Shown here in pieces: positions 51,201-60,047 of a stretch of DNA of 64,000 bases. Positions within the stretch are counted from its first letter, which is position 1. Every line of letters starts with the position of its first letter. The notes beneath the pieces were generated by a model. It saw only the letters and a list, made by a program, of their open reading frames with translations. It did not search any database and was not told where the DNA came from. This stretch comes from Deferribacterales bacterium (lineage in GTDB: Bacteria > Chrysiogenota > Deferribacteres > Deferribacterales > Geovibrionaceae). The translations under genes and the position numbers were made by a program. Where the stretch lies: positions 128,001 to 192,000 of the forward strand of contig JBFWLW010000001.1 in the NCBI GenBank assembly GCA_050251945.1, given 5' to 3'.

Positions 51201-52250
51201 ATGAAAAGATTTTTATTGATCGTTCTTACGTTGTCAGTGTTTGCTGTTTTTCAGGCATCAGCAGGCGAGAGACCCAAACTCAAGGTTGGTTATGCACCTG
51301 GTGGAGGAAGCATCCTGACGCTGGTGGCGCAGGATAAGAAATTCTTTGAAAAAGAGGGACTGGATGTGGAGCTTGTTCAGTTTGCAAGCTCGTCCGACGG
51401 TCTGAACGCTCTTAACACAGGAAAGATAGACTTTGGCGTATCTTTCGGAACGGCGGGACCTCTGGCATTTATATCTAAAGGTGCTGACTTCACTATAATC
51501 GGCGGTATGCTGGCAGGCGGTCACCCCATAATAGCGTTGCCGCAGAACAAGGATAAGTTTAAGTCCATTCAGGATTTTAAAGGCAAAACAGTTGCAACTG
51601 CAAGGATATATACGGCGGATGTTGTATGGCGGGGAGCGCTTAAAAGAGCCGGTATCGACCCAAATAAAGATGTCACAATCATAGAACTTAAAAATCCTGC
51701 CGCTGTTCTTGAGGCTGTTAAAGCGGGAAAGGTTGATGTCGGCATAGGCTCGTCGACGATAGTTATGAAGCTTGAACAGGCAGGCGTTGCCGTTGTCGGC
51801 TGGAGCAATGATCTGTTTCCCGACCACCCTTGCTGCAGGGTTGTTGCCCGCGGTAAAAATACTGTCAAATATCATGAAACGTATAGAGCATTTTTAAGAG
51901 CGCTTATTCAGGCTGAGAAATTTAAGCATGAACACCCCGATTCAGTTGTCGGTGTCGCGATGAAATATCTCAATCTGGACGAACCAACGGCGAGAGCGTT
52001 TGTTTTGGAGCCTCACCAGTCCACAAAGGTTGACCCCGACACGGACGGCGTGAAACAGATGTGGGACGATATGAAATCCATAGATTATGTCCAAAACGCA
52101 GATAACATTGATATTACAAAGTATATCAATACCACTCTGTATCAGGAAGCTCTGGGCGACCTGCTGAAAAAGTACCCAAGAGACAGGTATTATCTGGACG
52201 CTAAAAAACGCTTTGCAAAAAGGAATAGTGAAGGTCATGCGCATAATTAA
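51201..52250 (+). CDS. NitT/TauT-family ABC substrate-binding protein
   Basis: Signal peptide, FFEKEGLDVELVQF, DFKGKTVA, HPCC. Confidence 0.85.
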   Translation: MKRFLLIVLTLSVFAVFQASAGERPKLKVGYAPGGGSILTLVAQDKKFFEKEGLDVELVQFASSSDGLNALNTGKIDFGVSFGTAGPLAFISKGADFTIIGGMLAGGHPIIALPQNKDKFKSIQDFKGKTVATARIYTADVVWRGALKRAGIDPNKDVTIIELKNPAAVLEAVKAGKVDVGIGSSTIVMKLEQAGVAVVGWSNDLFPDHPCCRVVARGKNTVKYHETYRAFLRALIQAEKFKHEHPDSVVGVAMKYLNLDEPTARAFVLEPHQSTKVDPDTDGVKQMWDDMKSIDYVQNADNIDITKYINTTLYQEALGDLLKKYPRDRYYLDAKKRFAKRNSEGHAHN

Positions 52251-52992
52251 AAGATATTGGGGGACGGCGGTTATAATTCTGGCTTTCGTCCTTATATTTG
52301 AACTGCTTACGGATGTCACTGGAACACTTGAACCTGTTCTGTTTCCGGGACTGTCGAAGATACTGCCGGAGCTGGTGAACTCTTTCCCTAAGCTTGCGGA
52401 AGGTTTTTTAAGCTCAATGAAACTGCTGATACCAAGTTATTTCGCGGCTCTTATCCTTGGGATAGGCGGCGGGCTGGTAGTGGGGCATTTTGCTCCTTTG
52501 CGCATGGTGCTTATGCCTTTGTTCAGAGGAGCAAGCCCGATTCCACCTACTATGCTGATACCCTATGCGATAGCAGTGCTTCCGACATTCTGGCTTTCAT
52601 CGTGGTTCATAATATTCGTGGGTGCTTTCTGGCCTGTGATCATGGGAACGATACACGGTGTTGGGCTCATAGAGGAGCGCTATCTTGATAATGCGAAGGT
52701 GCTTAAGGTCACGGGGTTCAGGCTGTTTACAAAAGTGATTCTGCCGGGGGCGCTGCCTACCATATTCAACGGTGCGGGAATGGCGCTGGTTTTCAGCTTT
52801 ATCCTGCTGACCGTGGCGGAGATGTTCGGCGCGACATCGGGAATGGGGCATTTTATCCAGTATTATGCAGATTTTTCGGATTATCCGAAAGTGCTTGCCG
52901 GCATGCTTTTTCTGTCGGTCGTCATAGTTCTTCTGATGGAGCTTTTCGACATGGTGCAGAACAGGGCGCTGCATTGGACACACAAACGTTAA
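52237..52992 (+). CDS. NitT/TauT-family ABC permease
   Basis: PIPP, KVILPGALP, AEMFGA..GMG. Confidence 0.88.
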   Translation: MRIIKRYWGTAVIILAFVLIFELLTDVTGTLEPVLFPGLSKILPELVNSFPKLAEGFLSSMKLLIPSYFAALILGIGGGLVVGHFAPLRMVLMPLFRGASPIPPTMLIPYAIAVLPTFWLSSWFIIFVGAFWPVIMGTIHGVGLIEERYLDNAKVLKVTGFRLFTKVILPGALPTIFNGAGMALVFSFILLTVAEMFGATSGMGHFIQYYADFSDYPKVLAGMLFLSVVIVLLMELFDMVQNRALHWTHKR

Positions 52993-53001
52993 GGTGATTT
53001 T

Positions 53002-54357
53002 ATGAAAGAGATCCTTGAGGCGGAAAAGGCATCGCTTTTTCCCAACGAGATACCGAAATGGGGAGAACCGTATCCTAACAGGCTGAACAGGGAATCTGTC
53101 CTCGCAAGTCTAACGGATTATATATTACAGGTGAACCACAGGGAGTACAGACCGGATAAAAGAAAAGTGCTGGCGGTCAGAACCTCTGACCGCACGGCAA
53201 CCCTGAGAAATGCGGCAGCACCATTAAGGCAGGAAGTGTATTATTTTATAGAGGGGGAACTCTTTCCGCATGAGGGAATGACAAAGCTTAAAGAGGGGCA
53301 GAGACCAGCCGCGCTTGCGGAAGAGCTTCTGGACGACATCTATGAACAACTGTATATATGGGTCGCCTACGACCTTACAAAAGGTTCGCCCCCGGGGTTC
53401 GGAAAACCTTTTGATGAGCCGCTTATTGTAAAAGGGTCTGGAAATCCCAATCCTGATCAGATAACCAGACAGAAACCGATTGACGGTGTTAATCCGCTGT
53501 TCTTTCGCCCCGATCCGGTGCCGGTATATATTGTTGATGATTTTGTTCCCGACGTAACCGTAGAAGAGATTTTCAGGCACGTTGATGATCTGGTGAAGAA
53601 TGATTTCAGGAACGCTCTGCCGGAAGGGGATAATCCGCCGATATGGGAAACGCCGCTGATAGGCATAGCGTCTGCTGATGATCCGTTATTTGCAAGGTTT
53701 CAGGATCCTGAGGTTGAAGGAGCCGGACACAGACTGCCTCAGGAGTGGCTGAAAGGCGCCAGATCGGTGATAAGCGTCTTTCTTCCTTTCACTAAGCACA
53801 TTTCCGCGCATTATACAAAACAGCAAAGGTATTCCGCTCTTGAATTTTCTTCCGGCAAATGGAACGGCTCAAAGTTTCTGAACGTTGTCCGCCGTTCGCT
53901 CATAAGATTTGCAAACAGCAGGGGCGCAGAGGCTCTGGCACCGAATATTGACCCGAGATATGATTCCGACGGATGGCGACCCTACTGGTCTGAAAGACAC
54001 GTCGCTTTCGCCGCAGGGCTGGGAACGTTCGGACTTCATCAGAACCTGATAAGTGAGAAGGGTGCTTTAGGCAGGATATGCAGTGTGATAACAACGCTGA
54101 ATCTGAAGCCGGCGGTTCGCCCGTATACGGATGTATACGGTTACTGTCTTTACGCTTTTGACGGAAGTTGTGACGCGTGCGTCAGAAGATGTCCGACAGG
54201 CGCAATAACCGATGCCGGAAAGGTTGACGGCAGGTGTGAGACCCACGGGAACAAGGAGCATTTTAAAGACTGGAATTACGGTTCCTGCGGACACTGTTCA
54301 ACGAACATACCCTGTTCAAGAACAATTCCCGCAAAAATAAAACGTACCCTTAAATGA
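53002..54357 (+). CDS. QueG/reductive-dehalogenase-like Fe-S protein with ~185-aa unknown N-terminal domain
   Basis: GIASADDPLF, SVISVFLPF, WSERHVAFAAGLGTFG, CDACVRRCP and CGHC...PC. Confidence 0.7.
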   Translation: MKEILEAEKASLFPNEIPKWGEPYPNRLNRESVLASLTDYILQVNHREYRPDKRKVLAVRTSDRTATLRNAAAPLRQEVYYFIEGELFPHEGMTKLKEGQRPAALAEELLDDIYEQLYIWVAYDLTKGSPPGFGKPFDEPLIVKGSGNPNPDQITRQKPIDGVNPLFFRPDPVPVYIVDDFVPDVTVEEIFRHVDDLVKNDFRNALPEGDNPPIWETPLIGIASADDPLFARFQDPEVEGAGHRLPQEWLKGARSVISVFLPFTKHISAHYTKQQRYSALEFSSGKWNGSKFLNVVRRSLIRFANSRGAEALAPNIDPRYDSDGWRPYWSERHVAFAAGLGTFGLHQNLISEKGALGRICSVITTLNLKPAVRPYTDVYGYCLYAFDGSCDACVRRCPTGAITDAGKVDGRCETHGNKEHFKDWNYGSCGHCSTNIPCSRTIPAKIKRTLK

Positions 54358-54382
54358 AAAAAGCGGGCATAAAGCCCGCTTT
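54357..54382. terminator. Bidirectional terminator
   Basis: AAAAAAGCGGGC-ATAAA-GCCCGCTTT. Confidence 0.8.
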
Positions 54383-54405
54383 AAAATATTTAAATCCGTA
54401 GTGGA

Positions 54406-54741
54406 TTAATATCTTCCGCCGCGTCCGCCGCCGAAGCCGCTGCCGCCTCTGTTACCGCCGCGTCCTCCACCGAAACCGCCGCCTCTGTTTCCGCCTTCTT
54501 CGCGGGGTTTAGCTTCGTTTACAGTGATGTTACGGTTGCCAAGCTCTGTACCGTTGAATTTTTCGATTGCTGCTTTGCCTTCGTTGTTGTCAGACATTTC
54601 AACGAATCCAAAACCTTTTGAACGGCCTGTTTCTCTGTCAGAGATGATGCGAGCTGAATCAACTGCGCCTACTCCGCTGAAAAGTGAAACGAGATCGTCT
54701 TCTGTTGTGCCGTAGCTAAGATTTCCTACATAGATGTTCAT
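54406..54741 (-). CDS. RRM RNA-binding protein (paralog 2)
   Basis: [17 protein letters not shown] tail. Confidence 0.93.
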   Translation of the reverse strand: MNIYVGNLSYGTTEDDLVSLFSGVGAVDSARIISDRETGRSKGFGFVEMSDNNEGKAAIEKFNGTELGNRNITVNEAKPREEGGNRGGGFGGGRGGNRGGSGFGGGRGGRY

Positions 54742-54989
54742 AATGAATCCTCATAAAATATTATTTGTCAAAACTATTCATGGACCGGTGCGCAAAGAAC
54801 GGAGATGTACTAAATCTGTACTGAGAACTGTGGAATGAACAATTTTGCAGATAAATATTGAAGATTCAATAGAAAGCGGCATATAACTGATCAGGATCCG
54901 GTTCAAAATCCGGGTTAAATTTGCGAACAACCTACAACCGATGTATCGGTCTGACATGGTTACTATACAGCGTTGCAAATAAATAGCAA
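54742..54989 (-). promoter_or_regulatory. Promoter and conserved ~210-nt 5' leader of RRM gene 2
   Basis: TTGCTA-N16-TATAGT then GTCAGACCGATACATCGGT; homologous to 49992-50229. Confidence 0.65.
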
Positions 54990-55018
54990 GAGGAAAAATA
55001 AAAAAATATCAATATAAT

Positions 55019-55045
55019 AAAAAAAGCGGGCATGGAAGCCCGCTT
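55019..55045 (-). terminator. Intrinsic terminator of RRM gene 3
   Basis: AAAAAAAGCGGGC-ATGGAA-GCCCGCTT. Confidence 0.8.
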
Positions 55046-55071
55046 AGATAGATTATTTATTCAGAGATATC

Positions 55072-55377
55072 TTAGTATCTTCTGTTTCCGCCGCCGAAAC
55101 CGCCGCCTCTGGGGCCGCGTCCTGCGGGTTTGTCCTCTTTCGGTTTAGCTTCGTTAACTGTGATGTTTCTGCTTCCGAGTTCGGAACCGTTAAATTTTTC
55201 AATGGCAGCTTTCGCTTCGGCGTCGTTAGGCATTTCAACAAAGCCGAAACCTTTGGAACGACCTGTTTCCCTGTCTTTGATGATACGAGCGGAATCTACC
55301 GCGCCCATTGTTGAGAAAAGCCCAACAAGGTCTTCTTCTTTCGTCTGATAGCTGATGTTACCTACATAAATGTTCAT
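55072..55377 (-). CDS. RRM RNA-binding protein (paralog 3)
   Basis: [14 protein letters not shown]; start set at MNIYVG. Confidence 0.93.
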   Translation of the reverse strand: MNIYVGNISYQTKEEDLVGLFSTMGAVDSARIIKDRETGRSKGFGFVEMPNDAEAKAAIEKFNGSELGSRNITVNEAKPKEDKPAGRGPRGGGFGGGNRRY

Positions 55378-55584
55378 ATACAACCCTTTGACCGCATAAT
55401 GGTCATTCAATGTGATTGTTCAGAATAACTCAAAAATAATACAAATCAAGTAAAATGTTGTATTGTGTAAGGGTCTTGGATAAAAAATCCTTATTTCACA
55501 TCTTTAACATTGAAAAATCCTGCGGTGCTGTTAATGTAGTGTGGTAAAAAAATAGTTTATTAACAAATATACGGAGTTTCAAAT

Positions 55585-56655
55585 ATGTCTGAAAAAACAT
55601 GGGAACTGAAGTGGATGGCATGGGAGATCACATCAAAATGCAACCTTAAATGTGTTCACTGCCGCTCGTCTTCAGGTATTCATTCCGCCGTTGGCGATTT
55701 CACACTTGAAAAAGCTAAAAACTTTATAGATGAGCTGACAGCTTTTGCAACACCTGTCGTTGTTCTTACGGGCGGCGAACCGCTTATGCGTGAGGACGTT
55801 TTCGACATCGCTGCATACGGCACTGAAAAAGGTCTGCGTATGGCTATGGCGACAAATGGTGTTCTTGTTAACGACGAAGTGTGTGAAAAGATGAAAGCAT
55901 CCGGCATCCGCATAGTTTCTCTCAGCCTCGACGGCTCTACACCTGCCGTTCATGACGATTTCCGTCAGCAGGAAGGCTCGTTTCAGGCTGTTATGGATGC
56001 TGCGGCATACTTCCGCAAACACGAAATCAAATTCATCATTAACTCATCGTTCGCCAAACGAAATCAGCACGACATCATGGCGACCTATAAACTCGCAAAA
56101 TCGCTGAAACCAACCGCTTGGTATATGTTCCTCATAGTTCCCACAGGCAGGGGAGAGGAGCTTATGAAAGAGCTTATCAGCAAAGAGGACTATGAAGAAA
56201 TCCTCAACTGGCACTATGATATGGAGCGCGACGAGGATGAGATTCTGGTTCGCCCCACCTGCGCGCCTCAATATTACAGGATTTGGGCAGACCGCAGCAA
56301 AGAGGCGGGACTGGACAAAAACCGCAGAAACCTCACTTTCGGCACTGGCGGAAGCAAAGGCTGCATAGCCGGACAGACCATCGCCCTTGTGAACTCAAAA
56401 GGTGATGTGCTTCCCTGCTCATACTTCCCCGTAACTGCGGGCAACGTTTTCCAGACACCTTTTAAGGACATCTGGGACAACTCTAAGCTTATGAACGATA
56501 TGCGCACCTTTAAAGATTATGAGGGCAAATGCGGCGTGTGCAAACACCTTGGCGTTTGCGGAGGATGCCGCGCAAGAGCTTATGCCGTTTCAGGCGACTA
56601 CATGGCAGAGGAGCCTTTCTGCGACTATATCCCTTCCAACTATTCCTGCAAATAA
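55585..56655 (+). CDS. Radical SAM/SPASM protein, AhbD/NirJ-like
   Basis: [43 protein letters not shown]...CGGCRARAY...EEPFC. Confidence 0.75.
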   Translation: MSEKTWELKWMAWEITSKCNLKCVHCRSSSGIHSAVGDFTLEKAKNFIDELTAFATPVVVLTGGEPLMREDVFDIAAYGTEKGLRMAMATNGVLVNDEVCEKMKASGIRIVSLSLDGSTPAVHDDFRQQEGSFQAVMDAAAYFRKHEIKFIINSSFAKRNQHDIMATYKLAKSLKPTAWYMFLIVPTGRGEELMKELISKEDYEEILNWHYDMERDEDEILVRPTCAPQYYRIWADRSKEAGLDKNRRNLTFGTGGSKGCIAGQTIALVNSKGDVLPCSYFPVTAGNVFQTPFKDIWDNSKLMNDMRTFKDYEGKCGVCKHLGVCGGCRARAYAVSGDYMAEEPFCDYIPSNYSCK

Positions 56656-56810
56656 ATTTTCTGCGGGTGTTTTATAATGATAAAGCACCCGCATCTCCTT
56701 ACCAATCTCTTTTTCACAGGCACAGTCTTTTTATCATCTTATAATGAACATTTACTGTCTTGACATGGTACAAATTATGTTTTAAAATCCCGAAGACTTA
56801 GGGGAGTCAT

Positions 56811-57596
56811 ATGAAGATAATTTCGCTTCAACTGCCTGTAAGGCTTTCAGAGGTTGATGAAAACCTCCGGAAGTTTAAAAATGGTATTTCGCAAGTTATT
56901 GATGGTGAAGATTCAATTATCATTTTGCCGGAGATGTGGGCTTGCGGGTTCGACTACCGTCGGCTGGTGGAATTTTCTGAAAGAACTCACGGTATAATAA
57001 ATGAAATACAGGATATTATAAATGATAATACGCTTGTAATCTCATCACTCCCTGAGAGAAATCAAAACAAGGTTTTTAATACGGTCTATGCGGTTTCAAA
57101 AAATGGAATCGCCGCAACCTATAGAAAGAACTTCCTTTTTTCTCCTATGAAGGAGAATGAGTACATAGATAACGGCAGCGGCATTACCGTCTTTGACTTC
57201 AAGGGTGTGAAGGTCGGACTGCTTTTGTGTTATGAGGTCAGGTTCCCTGAGATGTTTCGTATGACAGCGTTTGCCGGAGCGGATATAATAACTGTACCCG
57301 CTATCTGGCCGCAGATGAAAAAGGAACACTGGCTCACACTCATGCGCGCACGAGCCATTGAGAATCAGTGTTACGTCGCAGGATGCAACACCAGTGTCAT
57401 GATGGGCAAAAAAGATATGCCGTGCGGTTTTTCCGCAGCATATGATCCGTGGGGTGAACCTATGTTTGAACCCGCCGGAGAAGAGGGTGTTTACACCTCA
57501 TATGCGGACGCGGCAGTTGTTGAAGATATCAGGACAAAAATTCCCAGCTTCCTTGATGCAAAGGGATTTTTTACAATAAAAGGCATTAACAGTTGA
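56811..57596 (+). CDS. Carbon-nitrogen hydrolase (nitrilase family)
   Basis: E-K-C triad: LPEMW, YRK, CYEVRFPE; RARAIENQ. Confidence 0.88.
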   Translation: MKIISLQLPVRLSEVDENLRKFKNGISQVIDGEDSIIILPEMWACGFDYRRLVEFSERTHGIINEIQDIINDNTLVISSLPERNQNKVFNTVYAVSKNGIAATYRKNFLFSPMKENEYIDNGSGITVFDFKGVKVGLLLCYEVRFPEMFRMTAFAGADIITVPAIWPQMKKEHWLTLMRARAIENQCYVAGCNTSVMMGKKDMPCGFSAAYDPWGEPMFEPAGEEGVYTSYADAAVVEDIRTKIPSFLDAKGFFTIKGINS

Positions 57597-57621
57597 TAAC
57601 TACTCAAATATGGAGGAACAA

Positions 57622-59202
57622 ATGTCCGAATTAGAGTCACGCATCAGATGTAAGAGCCTTCTCAGCAAAGTTGTTAAAGTTGAGGAGACTATCCAGTATT
57701 TCAAAGACGGAATGAACCTCGGCTGGTCAGGTTTCACACCCGCCGGCTACCCTAAAGCAGTTCCGATAGCTCTGGCTGATCATGTTGAAGCTAACAACCT
57801 TCAGGGCAAACTGAGATTCAACCTCTTCATCGGCGCATCAGTAGGCGCTGAAACTGAGAACAGATGGGCGCAGCTTGACATGATAGACCGCAGATGGCCC
57901 TATCAGACAGGTAAAGATATCGCTAAAGGAATTAACGAAGGACGCATCCGTATGGGCGACAAACACCTTTCTCTGTTCGCTCAGGATCTCGGATACGGTT
58001 TCTATACAAAAGACACTCCCTCAGGCAAACTTGACCTCGCGATCATCGAAGTTTCAGCTATCACAGAAGACGGCGGACTTGTTCCCACTTCTTCTTGCGG
58101 CGTTATCCCTGAAATTCTTATGATATGCGACAAAGTTATTCTTGAAGTTAACACTGGTCAGCCCTCATTTGAAGGCATGCACGATATCATTATCCCCGGA
58201 ACCCCCCCTAACAGACAAGTGTTCAACATCACAAGAGCTGACAGCCGCATAGGTACAACTTACTGTCCTTGCGACCCCGGCAAAATCATCGCTATCGTTG
58301 AGTCTAAACACCTCGACAAAGGTCGCTCTTTCGCTGAGCAGGACGAAACTTCCGAAGCTATCGCAAACCACATCATGGAATTCTTCAAATATGAAGTTAA
58401 ATGCGGCAGACTTCCCAAAAACCTTCTGCCCATCCAGTCCGGCGTCGGTTCAATAGCAAATGCAGTTGTCGGCGGTCTTGCGAAAGGTCCTTTCAGTAAC
58501 CTTACAGTTTTCACCGAAGTTCTTCAGGATACAATGCTTGACCTGTTCGACTCCGGCAAACTTGACGCAGCGTCTTCTTGCTCACTTTCACTCTCTGAGA
58601 AAGAAGGTTTCCCCAGATTTTTCGCTAACAAAGCTAAATACGATTCTAAAATCGTTCTTCGTCCCCTTTCAATCTCAAACGCTCCGGAACCTATCCGCCG
58701 TTTAGGTTGCATCGCGATGAATACACCCGTTGAGTTCGACATCTATGCACACGCAAACTCAACACTCGTCGGCGGTACAAGGATGATCAACGGTCTTGGA
58801 GGTTCAGGCGACTTCCTCAGAAACGGTTTCCTGAAAATCATGCACACGCCTTCAACCCGTCCTTCTAAAACTGACCCCCACGGTATCACATGTGTGGTTC
58901 CCAAAGCTCCGCACATTGACCATACAGAGCACGATCTTGACGTTCTCGTTACAGAGCAGGGTCTTGCCGACCTTAGAGGTCTTGCACCTAAAGACAGAGC
59001 GCAGATGCTTATCGACAAATGCGTTCACCCCGAGTACAAACCGATCATTCAGGAATACTTTGACATGGCGAAGAAAGAATGTCTGGCAAAAGGTATCGGT
59101 CACGAACCGCAGCTTTTCGACAGATGCTTCAAAATGCAGCTTAACCTTGCAAAACACGGTACAATGAAGATCAAAGATTGGAACGTACCTGAAATCGTTT
59201 AA
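57622..59202 (+). CDS. Succinyl-CoA:acetate CoA-transferase / acetyl-CoA hydrolase family
   Basis: SGFTPAGYPKAVP, QSGVG, TEVLQD, NGLGGSGDF, VTEQGLADLRGL; GGAGG RBS. Confidence 0.9.
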   Translation: MSELESRIRCKSLLSKVVKVEETIQYFKDGMNLGWSGFTPAGYPKAVPIALADHVEANNLQGKLRFNLFIGASVGAETENRWAQLDMIDRRWPYQTGKDIAKGINEGRIRMGDKHLSLFAQDLGYGFYTKDTPSGKLDLAIIEVSAITEDGGLVPTSSCGVIPEILMICDKVILEVNTGQPSFEGMHDIIIPGTPPNRQVFNITRADSRIGTTYCPCDPGKIIAIVESKHLDKGRSFAEQDETSEAIANHIMEFFKYEVKCGRLPKNLLPIQSGVGSIANAVVGGLAKGPFSNLTVFTEVLQDTMLDLFDSGKLDAASSCSLSLSEKEGFPRFFANKAKYDSKIVLRPLSISNAPEPIRRLGCIAMNTPVEFDIYAHANSTLVGGTRMINGLGGSGDFLRNGFLKIMHTPSTRPSKTDPHGITCVVPKAPHIDHTEHDLDVLVTEQGLADLRGLAPKDRAQMLIDKCVHPEYKPIIQEYFDMAKKECLAKGIGHEPQLFDRCFKMQLNLAKHGTMKIKDWNVPEIV

Positions 59203-59222
59203 TCATCGTTTGTGTACGATTC

Positions 59223-59510
59223 AAAAAGCCCGACTTTGTCGGGCTTTTTAGTTTATTGACAAACTGGTTAAAATTTAATGAGATTGCCGCGTCAGCCTAC
59301 AGCTTCCTCGCAATGACAGCAATTTACGTCTTCGCGAGGAGCGCATGCGACGACGCGATCTCGCATTTTCCCGACTTATGACAAACTAAATTTGCACAGA
59401 CTCAAATTAGACTGCTTCGGGTTAAAACCCTCGCAGAGACTTTTTTTGTCTTCGCGAGGAGCACATGTGACGACGCGATCTCGCATTTTCCCGACTTTGC
59501 CGGGCTTTTT
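59223..59510. mobile_element. Tandem pair of MITE-like elements between duplicated terminator sequences
   Basis: CCCGACTTTG(T/C)CGGGCTTTTT at 59229 and 59490; 50-bp direct repeat at 59328 and 59448; first unit matches the 49.5-kb element, second matches the 22.9-kb element. Confidence 0.8.
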
Positions 59511-60047
59511 TTATATCTCGTCAGATGTTTTCACGGTGCTGTAGAAATAGTTAAGCGCCGCCAGAAATGATTTTTGTATCTCTTCTGCTTTAACCGTTGC
59601 GCCGTCGATAACAAGGTCTCGCGTTGCACAGGCGTCGCCGACGACGGTTGTGATGTAACCGAGGTCTTTTGCCGCTCTTGTAGTGGCGTCTATGCACATG
59701 TGGGTCATCATGCCTATTATGGTCAGGTCGGTTATCCCCATGGAGTCCAGATATTCTTTAAGACCTGTTTCTATGAAGCTGTTGGGGGAATGTTTTACGA
59801 CTATCTTTTCTCCATCAATGGGCTGGACCCGTCTGTTTATCCGGACACCTTCGGTGTCCGGCAGAAAGAAACCTGCTTCCGGTCTTGCCGCTATGTGCTG
59901 AATGAAGATAACAGGGAGTTTTCTTTCCCTGAATTTTTTTATCACTTCCGCCGCTTTTCCTGCTGCCGCTTCTGCGCCGGTAAGTTCCATCGAACCGCCG
60001 CTGAAATAATCATTCTGGATGTCAATTACTAACAGAGCCTGTTTCAT
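59511..60047 (-). CDS. Isochorismatase-family cysteine hydrolase
   Basis: LLVIDIQNDY, K..PNSF, GMMTHMCIDATTR. Confidence 0.9.
   Translation of the reverse strand: MKQALLVIDIQNDYFSGGSMELTGAEAAAGKAAEVIKKFRERKLPVIFIQHIAARPEAGFFLPDTEGVRINRRVQPIDGEKIVVKHSPNSFIETGLKEYLDSMGITDLTIIGMMTHMCIDATTRAAKDLGYITTVVGDACATRDLVIDGATVKAEEIQKSFLAALNYFYSTVKTSDEI

Noticed and set aside
59328..59497. 50-bp direct repeats as a CRISPR array
   Set aside because: Only two copies, the 70-bp spacer is itself a dispersed repeat, and no cas genes are present.
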